DNA of 63,587 bases, the filler included, from Limisphaerales bacterium (lineage in GTDB: Bacteria; Verrucomicrobiota; Verrucomicrobiia; Limisphaerales; SIBE01): the NCBI GenBank assembly GCA_044225505.1. It is 3 parts of 3 records of this genome, joined end to end, with 100 filler letters (N's around TTAATTAATTAA, not from the genome) between each part and the next. Parts side by side here need not be neighbours in the genome. Positions count along the whole stretch, not along the records: positions 1 to 23,771 come from JBGAIN010000133.1; 2 more parts are not named here. The stretch is one strand, 5' to 3'. A program made the translations under genes and the position numbers. The notes beneath the pieces were generated by a model, which was given only the letters and a program-made list of their open reading frames with translations, was not told the origin of the DNA and did not search any database. Positions within the stretch are counted from its first letter, which is position 1; each line of letters begins with the position of its first letter. This document shows positions 10,069 through 19,948 of this stretch, one piece after another.

Positions 10069-10743
10069 ATGGCCGGGCTGTTGAGACGGGCGGACGGAGT
10101 GCTGCGATCTACAGAGGTCCAGTGGACAGTGGAGCGCTCTCAGACCCTTTGGAGGGAGTTGGTGGCGTTTACGGTTGTTTTTGGATGCATCTACGGGGCG
10201 ATCATGGGATCCTTCGGTGGGGTTACGGGGGATCGCTTCCTGCAAGTCGCTTACTCCGCGGTGAAAGTGCCATTCATGCTGCTCGCGACCTTTTCGATCT
10301 GTTTGCCAAGCTTCTTTGTGCTAAACACGATCGCGGGTCTGCGGACGGATTTTCCTGAAGCATTGCGAGCGCTGCTGAGCACCCAAGCCTGCCTGACTAT
10401 TATCCTCTCGGCCCTGGGTCCTCTCACAGCGCTATTCTACGTTTCGACGCCCGATTACAACGCGGCTGTTTTGTTCAACGGACTGATTTTCGCGGTGGCC
10501 AGTTTGTCTGGGCAGTATTTGCTTCGTCGGTTGTACCAACCGTTGATTCAACGGCGCCGCGAGCATCGTTACTTGCTGAGAGTTTGGCTGGTCCTCTACG
10601 TCTTTGTTGGGATTCAACTCGGTTGGCTGATGCGGCCGTTCGTGGGGGAACCTAGCGTCGGCGTGCAATTTATGCGCGCCGAAGCCTGGGGCAATGCCTA
10701 CGTCGAAATTGGCCGCCATTTGCTGAAGGTCCTCGGACGATAA
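10069..10743 (+). CDS. Multi-pass membrane protein (Yip1-like topology), paralog 2
   Basis: KVPFMLLATFSICLPSFFVLN and VGIQLGWLMRPFVG; starts 2 nt after paralog 1. Confidence 0.8.
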   Translation: MAGLLRRADGVLRSTEVQWTVERSQTLWRELVAFTVVFGCIYGAIMGSFGGVTGDRFLQVAYSAVKVPFMLLATFSICLPSFFVLNTIAGLRTDFPEALRALLSTQACLTIILSALGPLTALFYVSTPDYNAAVLFNGLIFAVASLSGQYLLRRLYQPLIQRRREHRYLLRVWLVLYVFVGIQLGWLMRPFVGEPSVGVQFMRAEAWGNAYVEIGRHLLKVLGR

Positions 10744-10811
10744 CAGTCCACGGGCCCGGCGCGCTGCGGCTGCCATTTGGCTTTGATCCGACAGCTGTTG
10801 TAGAATAGCGG

Positions 10812-11066
10812 ATGAATCCGCGAATCGATTTGAAGAGTCTAACCCTCGGCGCTGTTTTAGGAACCATTGTTTGTCTTTGTGTTGCCGCAGCGGCCAACGT
10901 TGGCAGTCCCACCGTCTGGGAATACCGCTTAATTCCAGCGCGGGTGTTTCAGAATGAACTGCAGAATGGCATTAACGGCGCCGTGGCCGAAGGTTGGGAA
11001 TTTGTCTCTGCTTCCCAGTATGTCGATCAATACGGCTTCGCTGTACTCCGCCGGGAAAAGAAGTGA
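10812..11066 (+). CDS. Small exported protein, DUF4177-like
   Basis: Hydrophobic N-terminus followed by WEYR...EGWEFVS...LRREKK. Confidence 0.65.
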   Translation: MNPRIDLKSLTLGAVLGTIVCLCVAAAANVGSPTVWEYRLIPARVFQNELQNGINGAVAEGWEFVSASQYVDQYGFAVLRREKK

Positions 11067-11107
11067 TAGGCTTGGGACAAAGGTTGCCGAGATTTAGGTG
11101 GGCAACA

Positions 11108-11785
11108 TCACTTCGTTTTAGGTGGCAATAGTTCGAACTCGAAGTAAGCGAAGTTATTACCTTTGCCGTAGTGAAACGTGAGCAGGTGCTGGCCGTCCGA
11201 GGGAAACTCGATGGTGCCAATCTCGGCGAGATTCCAATGGTGATAGCTCTGAGTCGCTTGCGGCAGGCGGCAGTCGGCAGCAGGCTTGCCGTCGATATCG
11301 AAACGGATGGTGTTCGGTTGGAACGCGTAGAGCGCGCGGATGCGATAGGTTCCCGCACGGAGCACATTGACGGTGTAATGGCACCATTCGTCTTTCTCGG
11401 TCCAGCCGATGTAAAGCTGGTTGATGTGCGGGCTGACCAGGTTGGTATGGTTTAAGTCGGCCCAATCCTTGACAAAGGAGACGTCCACGCCCTCGTTTTG
11501 ACGGAACTGCCACAGGTACGGCCCCGCGTGGGCTCGCTGGTGGCCAGGCTCCAGGTTGAGCTTGCCACTTCCATTATTGATCGCGTCCGTATCGTGGTAC
11601 GCAACCCCTTCGCCCCCGAGATCATAAAGAGCACATTGGATGATGCCAGGGAGATTGGGCGTGCCCGCTTTGTGGGCGGCATCGGTAAAGGGTTGGCCAC
11701 GGTAGTCCGAGGGTAACCCGGCGCGTGCCGTCGACGCGATCAGCGAAACTACGGTTAGAACGAGGGGATTAAAGGCGCGAAACAT
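11108..11785 (-). CDS. Secreted carbohydrate-binding protein (CBM6/CBM35-like)
   Basis: Signal peptide; YDLGGEGVAYHDTDAIN, IGWTEKDEWCHYTVNV and GTYRI motifs. Confidence 0.75.
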   Translation of the reverse strand: MFRAFNPLVLTVVSLIASTARAGLPSDYRGQPFTDAAHKAGTPNLPGIIQCALYDLGGEGVAYHDTDAINNGSGKLNLEPGHQRAHAGPYLWQFRQNEGVDVSFVKDWADLNHTNLVSPHINQLYIGWTEKDEWCHYTVNVLRAGTYRIRALYAFQPNTIRFDIDGKPAADCRLPQATQSYHHWNLAEIGTIEFPSDGQHLLTFHYGKGNNFAYFEFELLPPKTK

Positions 11786-11862
11786 AGGTGTTCTGCTGAT
11801 TTAACCGTTTTTTTCTCAAGGAGAAGCCCAAACTCGCCGATATGAGGTAGTTAGGCTAAGTC

Positions 11863-14800
11863 ATGGACGTACGGGATCTAGCCGTGGGCAGCCTTTTGAT
11901 TCCTTTCTTGGCGATCGGCGCTTGGGGATCGGAAGCGGGTATGGTGCAGAACACTGCACCACTGATCAGTCGTGTCCAGCAATTGCCCCGATCCGGTGAT
12001 ATGATGCGACTCCGGGGAGTTCGACTCGAAGGGGTGGTATCCTGGATCGATCCCGGCCGGAGCTGGTTTGTTTTCCAAGATGGCTCGGGCGCCGTCGAAG
12101 TCCAGATGAACCTTGGGGATTTACCCGTCAACGCTGGGCAGAGCGTATTGCTGTCCGGCGAGGCGCTGGTAGGCGGGGCTCGCTTTGGACTCCGGTCCGG
12201 TGTGATCGTCGAAAACGATGGTCTTCATTCTGTAACGGAGCGCTCCGGCAAGATCTATCTTCCAAAGGGGCGGTATCCCATTTCTGTTGGATGGTTCAAT
12301 GCCCAAGGCGAAGGCATTCTGGAAGTGACTTGCGAGGGCGCAACTCTCGCAAAAGGGCTTCTGCCTGCCGATCGGCTGTTTCGGCGGGAAAAAGACTCTA
12401 AAAGTGGCGGGGACCGATGGGTGCCGGGGATCCACTTCGCCACCTACAGCGGGCGTTGGGAAAGGATTCCCAATTTTGAGGCCTTAAAGCCAATGGAAGA
12501 GGGGACGTCGGGTGGTTTGGATGTGGCTCTTGCGTTTCAACGGCAGGAGGTCGCGATGGAGTTTACGGGATGGTTCGACGCACCGCTGGACGGCACTTAC
12601 GCTTTCACTCTCAAATCCGATGACGGCAGTCGCTTGTCGTTCGGTCATCTAGCCCTAAGGGCCGTCGAGAACTCTGCCGAATCATGGCCCATTCCCCGAC
12701 CGGTTCGGCTCGGTCAGGAACTGGCCCACGGAGAGGATTGTTTCTGGTCCGAGACGGAGGGAACGGTGATGCGCATGACCCGACGAACACAGGTTCTCGA
12801 CCTGAAATTAAATGCCGATGGCGAATCCGCCGAGGTTCAGATCCAGAATCTGCCAGACTCATGGTTAGAACTTCTGTCGCAAGGGACGGTGCATATGGTC
12901 GGTGTTTGCCAGGCTGTGCTTGGCGACAAAGACCGGCCGGCGGCCAGGCGCTTCCTGGTTCCGGATGGGAAGTCCCAACTACGCTTGACGAAAGTTGGGG
13001 CTGAATGTTGGAACAGGCGGACCGTGACCCCACTTCGCGACCTGTCCGCCAATCGAGGACTCTACCAAGACCTGGTGGTCCGCGCGCACGGTCGAGTGAG
13101 AGTCGCAGCGAACTCGGGAGAAACGTTTCTCAACGATGGCACAGGTGAGATCCGGCTTGCCATCGAGCGACTAGGCGAAGGGCCCGGAAGGGACTGTGTG
13201 GAGGTCCTGGGATACCTCGAAGAACGGGATGTCGACCCCGTGTTAATAAGCCTCGTGCATCGACGAAGCGACGAAGCGGAGCCGATCGGAGACAACCGTG
13301 AGCAGAGACTCACGCAGATCGACCAAGTGCGCCAATTGCCCTCGGAACAGGTTGCGCGAAACCTACCCGTGCAATTGCGTGGTGTGGTGACTTGGATGGC
13401 GCCCGACGAGGATTCCCTAATGCTTCAGGACGGCAGCGGCGGTATCTACCTGGCCGAGTTTACAACTCCCAATGGCGAAAGCGCCGAGGTCGGAGACTCC
13501 TTCGAGGTCGACGGTTTGACGGAGCGTGGCGATTTTGCACCAATCATTCGGTGTACCCGTGCGACACGGCTAGGACGAGGGCGGATGCCTGATCCGGTTC
13601 GCCCGACTTGGGATCAATTGATGAACGGCAGCTTGGATAGTCAATATGTGGAATTGGAAGGAATCGTTACCTCGGTCAACGCCGAAGGATTCAAGCTGCT
13701 CATGCCTCAGGGCGTATTGCGGGTGCGGATGGATGGTTACGATGCCACAGCATTGCGGGGATTTGAGAATGGCCGGGTTAAGGTCCGAGGGGCGTTGGCG
13801 GCTGACTGGAATCCCCTCAACCGGCAAGTTAAGAGCGGTCGGGTCGCAATGCTCGCCGCCGGAATCACCGTGGTGGAAGCACCACCGAAAGATTTATTCG
13901 TCATCCCTAGCAAACACGTGGATGAGCTGCGGTTGTTTAATTCCCGAGCCGGAGCCTTGGATCGGATCCGAGTCTCTGGCCAGGTCATTGGCGCACGCCT
14001 GGGCGAAGCCTTTTTGATGGATGAAGGGCAGGGGTTGCGCTGCTACATTCGAAACCTTGGAAATCTCCAGGTCGGAGACTTGGTCGAAGCGGTGGGGTAC
14101 ACTCGGTGGGAGGGCCCGTTCGCCGTCCTTCGGGAAGCGATTGTGCGGCGGATCGGCCACGCAGTTTTGCCTAAAGCGCGCGATTTGACTCCGGACACCA
14201 TGCTGAACGTCACCAACGATGCAACATGGGTGGCGATTGAAGGGCAGTTGATCAGCCAGCACTCAGACTTGACCACGCAAACCCTGGAGTTGCAGAGCAA
14301 CGGCCGGAGATTCGTGGCCAATCTAGCGCGGTCTAGCGGGTCCTTACCGACTCTGCAAAACGGCAGTTTCGTTCGGGTAACGGGTGTGTATTCGGGGCGG
14401 ACAGGAGAAACGGTGCCAGACCGTGATTTGGAAGCATTTGAGATCTCGATCAATAAGCCTCAGGACGTGATGGTGTTGCGCTCGCCCCCTTGGTGGACCG
14501 CGGGACGCGCGTTAAGCCTGGTCCTCACCTTGGCGGCAAGCTTAGTCCTCGCCTTAGCCTGGATTACGGGACTGCGCCAACGGGTCGAGCAGCGAACGCG
14601 CGAATTGAGAACAGAAATCGTGCAGCATCAAAGGACGGAAGAGCAACTTGAGGCCGAGATTGCTGAGCGCAAACGCGTCGAGTTGGAAATGGAGAAGACT
14701 CATAAGCATTTGGTCTTGGCCTCGCGCGAGGCTGGTATGGCTGAGGTCGCGAGCAGTGTTCTGCACAGCGTCGGAAACGTTCTGAATAGCGTGAACGTCT

Positions 14801-15582
14801 CCGCCAATCTAATCGTTGAACATGTGAGACGGTCCAGGGTGGGGAATATTACGCGAGCCGCGGCGCTTCTCCAAGAAAATCAAACGCAGTTGGGATCCTT
14901 CCTGACCGATGATCCCAGAGGGAAACAATTGCCTCAATACCTCGCGGAGCTCGGCCAGCATTTGATCGTCGAACAAGCGTCGCTCCTAACCGAGTTGCAG
15001 GCTTTGGACAAGAGCGTCGAGCACATCAAGCAGGTCGTCGCGATGCAACAGAACTACGCCAAGCTGTCGGGCGCGCAGGAAAATGTGCATCCGAAGGAAC
15101 TGATCGAAGATGCGATTCGCATGCATAGCAATGCCCTCGAAAGGACGCGAATTGCCCTGGTTCGCGAGTATGAAAGCGGAGTTCCAGAACTCCTCGTGGA
15201 TCGCCACCAAGTCCTGCAAATCCTTGGCAATCTCATCCAGAATGCTATCCGCGCGTGCGACGATGGAGCCGGAGACAATCCCCGTCTCAACGTTCGTCTG
15301 GCAAGAGTCGACGATACGATTCAGTTCCAAGTGGCGGACAACGGCGTCGGCATACCTTCCGAAAACCTGACTCGGATATTCAATTTTGCGTTTGCCACGC
15401 GGAAGAGCGGGCATGGGTATGGTTTGCATAGCTCCGCCCTGGCCGCCAAGGCGCTTGGTGGATCGCTAGACGCAGCGAGTGACGGTCTAAACTGCGGGGC
15501 CACGTTCACACTGAAATTGCCCCGAACCCCTCGGATAGACCTGGTCTCGGCGGTGGACGGGTTGGCTCACGCTCGGACTTAG
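11863..15582 (+). CDS. Membrane sensor histidine kinase with PA14 domain and repeated OB-fold-like extracytoplasmic modules
   Basis: Repeated GVV(S/T)W...QDGSG motif; LKSDDGSRL (PA14); TM helix after PPWWT; H-box [10 protein letters not shown]-box NLIQNA, G-boxes DNGVGI and GHGYGLH. Confidence 0.88.
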   Translation: MDVRDLAVGSLLIPFLAIGAWGSEAGMVQNTAPLISRVQQLPRSGDMMRLRGVRLEGVVSWIDPGRSWFVFQDGSGAVEVQMNLGDLPVNAGQSVLLSGEALVGGARFGLRSGVIVENDGLHSVTERSGKIYLPKGRYPISVGWFNAQGEGILEVTCEGATLAKGLLPADRLFRREKDSKSGGDRWVPGIHFATYSGRWERIPNFEALKPMEEGTSGGLDVALAFQRQEVAMEFTGWFDAPLDGTYAFTLKSDDGSRLSFGHLALRAVENSAESWPIPRPVRLGQELAHGEDCFWSETEGTVMRMTRRTQVLDLKLNADGESAEVQIQNLPDSWLELLSQGTVHMVGVCQAVLGDKDRPAARRFLVPDGKSQLRLTKVGAECWNRRTVTPLRDLSANRGLYQDLVVRAHGRVRVAANSGETFLNDGTGEIRLAIERLGEGPGRDCVEVLGYLEERDVDPVLISLVHRRSDEAEPIGDNREQRLTQIDQVRQLPSEQVARNLPVQLRGVVTWMAPDEDSLMLQDGSGGIYLAEFTTPNGESAEVGDSFEVDGLTERGDFAPIIRCTRATRLGRGRMPDPVRPTWDQLMNGSLDSQYVELEGIVTSVNAEGFKLLMPQGVLRVRMDGYDATALRGFENGRVKVRGALAADWNPLNRQVKSGRVAMLAAGITVVEAPPKDLFVIPSKHVDELRLFNSRAGALDRIRVSGQVIGARLGEAFLMDEGQGLRCYIRNLGNLQVGDLVEAVGYTRWEGPFAVLREAIVRRIGHAVLPKARDLTPDTMLNVTNDATWVAIEGQLISQHSDLTTQTLELQSNGRRFVANLARSSGSLPTLQNGSFVRVTGVYSGRTGETVPDRDLEAFEISINKPQDVMVLRSPPWWTAGRALSLVLTLAASLVLALAWITGLRQRVEQRTRELRTEIVQHQRTEEQLEAEIAERKRVELEMEKTHKHLVLASREAGMAEVASSVLHSVGNVLNSVNVSANLIVEHVRRSRVGNITRAAALLQENQTQLGSFLTDDPRGKQLPQYLAELGQHLIVEQASLLTELQALDKSVEHIKQVVAMQQNYAKLSGAQENVHPKELIEDAIRMHSNALERTRIALVREYESGVPELLVDRHQVLQILGNLIQNAIRACDDGAGDNPRLNVRLARVDDTIQFQVADNGVGIPSENLTRIFNFAFATRKSGHGYGLHSSALAAKALGGSLDAASDGLNCGATFTLKLPRTPRIDLVSAVDGLAHART

Positions 15583-15617
15583 CGGTCGCAGGCTGGATGT
15601 CCTAACCGGGGCACTCT

Positions 15618-17744
15618 TTAGGGTTGGTACTCCAACGCGATCCAACTGGAAATCCCTTCCCGCCCCGCATTGTTTCGCGGCGTCACTCGCAACCTGTTTT
15701 GTCCCACGTGCAACTTCCAGGTGAAGGGAGAGACGATCGCGGTTTTGGGACCTGCATCGACCTCAGAGAGGAAGGTGTCAAAACTGGGCGTCTCCGTATC
15801 TAAATGGACGCGCCAAACGCCCGGTTCGGACATGGGCTCCAACGTGTAATGGGCTTGGTTTAACGTCCATTCAAAGTCGTTGCGCTTGCTCACTCGGTTT
15901 CCGAATAACAAGCCTGCGGGAACTTCAACGTCCGTCCAGACATGGTGCCCGGTCCAGGCCCATTCCTCTGTCCCCTGGTTGAGCGGAAGCGGCGACTTTT
16001 CCTCGAGAAAATTGCTCCGCGGAATGAGACGCAGCTCGAGATACCAGTTTGACGGGTCGGGCCCTTCTACACCTTTCCAGCCAAATTGCTTGTTCCGAGT
16101 CCGGTCTGCGGCGACCACTCGGACCGGGCGAATCGGTTCACCTCGCAAGGTGGGAAGTTGCCGCTGGCGCAATTCCCACATTGAGAGAGGAACGTTGGAT
16201 TGCGCATCGACCACGTACCAGGCCAAGGCGCCGTCAACGTAAACCCACTTTCTGAATTCGTTAGACCAGAGTTCTACGATTTCGTGGCCGCCCGCGGGGC
16301 GGCGCTCCTGCCACGATCCTTGGCTGATGGAAATGGCTCGACCATTGAACCCGAAGCTTTCGCACGCTTGCAGAAAGACCAGGTTGAATTGCTGGCAGAA
16401 TCCGCCCACGGGCTTGCCGTCCGGGTGCGATTTCAAAATCTCAAGAGCATCCCAGGCGGGGTAGGACTCCGTAATGTGGTTTGGCCAATCCCATGCATTG
16501 CACGCCCACTGAGCCAGGCGCAGCATCAGCTCAAGATCGGTCCGTGCTCCGCGCACGACATCGTCCAAGTGGTAAGTCTCACGCAGTGTTCTGAGCCGCT
16601 CGTGGCGCAGTGGCTCATAGGCAAACGGAACGGACGAGCGGATAATCTTCTCGTTATGTTCCTCCAGCACGTGCGTCTGAGAAGTCCAGCCGACCGTCGC
16701 CGCGGAACTTGTCTCCACCTCCAAACTCGTGAAGCGGGGCGACCGAAGTGGGTCGGCCGTGCCTAGTTCCACCGCCACCTGGAAGTACCGGCCTCGCAGC
16801 GAATTGGCACTGACTTCCGACTTCACCCAGGAGCTCCACTCTGACCAAGCACTTGGAGCGGGAACGTAAGTCGTCCCGGACCGGATCCGAAGGCGGACGC
16901 CACCGGAGGGAGCGGTGGTTACGTGGGCGCGGATTCTGACGCTGCCCGATTCGTCCAGGAGTTTGGGCAAGGAACGGCCATCCAGATTGCCGAGGTCATA
17001 GACTGGGGTCGTTAACATCCCGGTCGGGCGGTAGTGGTCGAGGAAGACCCGGATTCCATATTCGCCATCTAATCGGCCTTCCGGACCCAAATGCGCATCG
17101 TCCCAGGTCTGGCCCGCATCGGTGCTTTTGGCACTGCGATTGGGAGAATGCAACCGGGTGCGTGATCCCAAGGCAAATTCGTCGTCGCGGGCGATCATGA
17201 CGCGTCCGGAGTTGCGCAGGATAATCTCGTTGAGGCCTTCCCGGAGAAGCTTGGGGTCGAAACGATACGTCTTGTATTGGTCTCGGCCGCTTTCGTTGGG
17301 GCCGAACGATTGAACTTGGCCGTTGATCAGGCATTCCGTGGGTTCCCCCGAGAGAATGACCATGTGGGCAGTTCGTGCTTGAGGATTGGGGATGTGCAGC
17401 GTCTTCTTGATCCAGACCGTCGGGGTCACCGTTTCCCGATTTTCGGGCTTTCTATAGGAATGGCCCGCGGCCGGACCGTCATCCTCGAAAAGCTCTCCCG
17501 ATTCGAGTTCGAGGGCAGACCCATCGCGATCGAGGCGAATTTGCTCGGTAACGGACTGATCAAACAACTGTGAGGCTTCCCAGCGCACGGTGGACGCTTG
17601 GCCTTCGAGAGCCAGCGCGGCGGCGAGAGCGACTCCCCAGGGCAGATACGAACTCAGTCGAAAACGGGCGCCAGACCAGATGCGCCAGGTGCCGCAACGA
17701 TCGCGAAAGAGTTTCATGGCCACGAGTTTTAGAATGGTTTCCAT
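15618..17744 (-). CDS. Secreted transglutaminase-like domain protein
   Basis: Cys-His-Asp pattern GGFCQQFN...GHEIVELWSN...WVYVDG; signal-like N-terminus; start codon uncertain (17744 or 17717). Confidence 0.7.
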   Translation of the reverse strand: METILKLVAMKLFRDRCGTWRIWSGARFRLSSYLPWGVALAAALALEGQASTVRWEASQLFDQSVTEQIRLDRDGSALELESGELFEDDGPAAGHSYRKPENRETVTPTVWIKKTLHIPNPQARTAHMVILSGEPTECLINGQVQSFGPNESGRDQYKTYRFDPKLLREGLNEIILRNSGRVMIARDDEFALGSRTRLHSPNRSAKSTDAGQTWDDAHLGPEGRLDGEYGIRVFLDHYRPTGMLTTPVYDLGNLDGRSLPKLLDESGSVRIRAHVTTAPSGGVRLRIRSGTTYVPAPSAWSEWSSWVKSEVSANSLRGRYFQVAVELGTADPLRSPRFTSLEVETSSAATVGWTSQTHVLEEHNEKIIRSSVPFAYEPLRHERLRTLRETYHLDDVVRGARTDLELMLRLAQWACNAWDWPNHITESYPAWDALEILKSHPDGKPVGGFCQQFNLVFLQACESFGFNGRAISISQGSWQERRPAGGHEIVELWSNEFRKWVYVDGALAWYVVDAQSNVPLSMWELRQRQLPTLRGEPIRPVRVVAADRTRNKQFGWKGVEGPDPSNWYLELRLIPRSNFLEEKSPLPLNQGTEEWAWTGHHVWTDVEVPAGLLFGNRVSKRNDFEWTLNQAHYTLEPMSEPGVWRVHLDTETPSFDTFLSEVDAGPKTAIVSPFTWKLHVGQNRLRVTPRNNAGREGISSWIALEYQP

Positions 17745-17794
17745 AACAGCTTCTGTAAGTTTGTTCCCGGATTGAGTGGAGAGGAATTCGAGGC

Positions 17795-19075
17795 TCAGTC
17801 TTTGGGCTGGAGGCACCACTCGAAGAATCGGTAGACGAGTGCATTGGCGTCAGCGGTCGGACTATGGTCCGGGTGAGGTGCCAAGGCTACTCGGTGCGTA
17901 TAGCCAAGAACTTGGTTTACCGCAATCGCGTGATTGAGAGCTGGCCAGCGTTCCAATCGATCCGCGGTGCCGCCGGAGACAAAGAAAGGCCGAGGCGCCA
18001 TTAAGGCATGAAGCTCAGTCAAATCGTGCTGGCTCTCGATCAGCGTTTTGTACGCGCCGGTCCGCCGTTGTCCTTCACTTGGTAGTTTCCGAAATGGCCC
18101 GGCTTGATCAGGATTGGCGACGGACCCTGGTTCCGCTCCTAGATACCAGACGTCCCAATAGTTCACACTGCCGCTCGGATTCTGCTGCCGCCGGTCTCGT
18201 TCATCAAAGACGATCCCGGGATCGGACCAAACCGCGCAGGCGAATTTATCGTAGAGGCACGAAGCGAACATCGCCCATTTCCCGCCGAAGGAATGGCCTA
18301 CGATTCCGATGCGGCCAGCGTCAACATCGGGACGCTGCGCCAAAACCGTATGGGCGTTGGCCGCGGCGTAGGCTAACGCTGAGAGCGGTTGCACCTGGAT
18401 GCCCGCCCCAACCGGCCCGAGGTAGGGTGCCGTGCGGGGTTTGTTCGTGGTCGTTAAACTGATCTGGGCATTGGGCTTGCCAATGGAAAGGGCCACAAAG
18501 CCTCGCTTCGCTAGCTGCCAGCCATAGTCGCGCCACGGGGCTCCAAGCCCGACTCCGGTTTCAGCGTCGTAATACGTGACCACGATCGCGGGTCGTTTCT
18601 GCTTAGGCGGTGCGCCTTCAGGAACTAGCAGCAGCGCGTCGACCCGCTCGCCCCCCAGCGCAATCTCGATTTGGAGTTGCTGCTGAAGAATGTTGTCGCG
18701 TCGGTCCGTTCGGATTATTTCAACACGTGGCTTTGCGATGAGGGGCGGCCAAGGACCCATCACGCGGTGCCACGCAGAGAGAATCTCTTCACGGCGGCGT
18801 GCCCAGTCCATAGGGGTTTGCACACGACTTCCATTCTCAAACACCAGGGGAGAACGAAATTCGTCCAGTTGGGCGCGATACTCATCCGGCGGCTGGAAGA
18901 ACGGTTTGATTTCATCTGGGGGCGTCCCAAGATCCGCTCTTTTCAATAGCATTGAATCGGGTTGGTCATGCGATGGCTCCGAATTCATCGCTCCGGCAGC
19001 GGCAGTTCTGGCGATCGCGCAAGCCCACAGGGCGACCGTGATGGCGCATGAGTGGAACGGAATTTGGAGATTCAT
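17795..19075 (-). CDS. Secreted alpha/beta hydrolase (dienelactone hydrolase/acetyl esterase-like)
   Basis: Nucleophile elbow RIGIVGHSFGGK; ELHALMAPRPF; start chosen just before the signal peptide. Confidence 0.8.
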   Translation of the reverse strand: MNLQIPFHSCAITVALWACAIARTAAAGAMNSEPSHDQPDSMLLKRADLGTPPDEIKPFFQPPDEYRAQLDEFRSPLVFENGSRVQTPMDWARRREEILSAWHRVMGPWPPLIAKPRVEIIRTDRRDNILQQQLQIEIALGGERVDALLLVPEGAPPKQKRPAIVVTYYDAETGVGLGAPWRDYGWQLAKRGFVALSIGKPNAQISLTTTNKPRTAPYLGPVGAGIQVQPLSALAYAAANAHTVLAQRPDVDAGRIGIVGHSFGGKWAMFASCLYDKFACAVWSDPGIVFDERDRRQQNPSGSVNYWDVWYLGAEPGSVANPDQAGPFRKLPSEGQRRTGAYKTLIESQHDLTELHALMAPRPFFVSGGTADRLERWPALNHAIAVNQVLGYTHRVALAPHPDHSPTADANALVYRFFEWCLQPKD

Positions 19076-19215
19076 TGCCGCAGGCATAGCACTGTAAGAG
19101 ACTTTCGTCAGCGGAATAGAATCGGGGGTGACCATGGTTCTTAAAGTCCGTGACTGTAAACGGCCGTTCTGAACCTTGCTCGGGACGGCAGCAAAGGGTA
19201 ACGTCGGCGCATCGC

Positions 19216-19948
19216 ATGAATTCACGTCGCTGTTGCGCTGTTCTACTCCTCCTGGCCGGATCTGTTCTCCCCATCTTTGCCGAGCGGCCGATTCCCGCAC
19301 GGCAACAAGCGCGACATTTTGAACGGCAAATCACGATAACAGCCAAACTCGACTATTTGCTCTCTCTGCCCGCCGGTTACGAACAGAGGCCCCGGGACCG
19401 ATGGCCATTGGTGTTGTTTTTGCACGGTTCTGGAGAGTCGGGGAGCGAACTCTCCAAAGTTAAGATCCACGGCTTGCCCAAGCTGGCGGAAAAACATGGG
19501 GCATTCCCTTTCATTTTAGTGTCGCCGCAGAGCCCGCGCGGCGACTGGAATCCTGACGTGCTCAATGCATTCTTAGACGATATCGTCCGGAAATATCGCG
19601 GACAAGAATCGCGTATACCTTACGGGTTTAAGCATGGGCGGATACGGAACTTGGGCATTAGCCGCGGCGCACCCCGAGAAGTTTGCGGCCATCGCGCCGA
19701 TCTGTGGTGGCGGAGAAATTGAAGACGCTCCGAAGCTGGCGAACATGCCAATTTGGGTCTTTCACGGGGCGAAAGACGCTACCGTGCCCCTGCAAGCGTC
19801 CAAAGACATGGTCGAGGCATTGAAAGCAGCGGGAGGAAAGCCGAAGTTTACGATTTATCCCGACGCGGGCCATGATTCTTGGACCGTGACGTACGAGAAT
19901 CCAGAGTTTTATCAATGGTTGCTTGCGCAGAATCGTGCTCGGCGGTGA
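19216..19948 (+). pseudogene. Phospholipase/carboxylesterase-type alpha/beta hydrolase, frameshifted at about 19600
   Basis: WPLVLFLHGSGE...PFILVSPQ in one frame; DKNRVYLTGLSMGGYG...IWVFHGAKD...HDSW in another. The junction AAA TAT CGC G|GAC lacks 2 nt. Confidence 0.85.
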
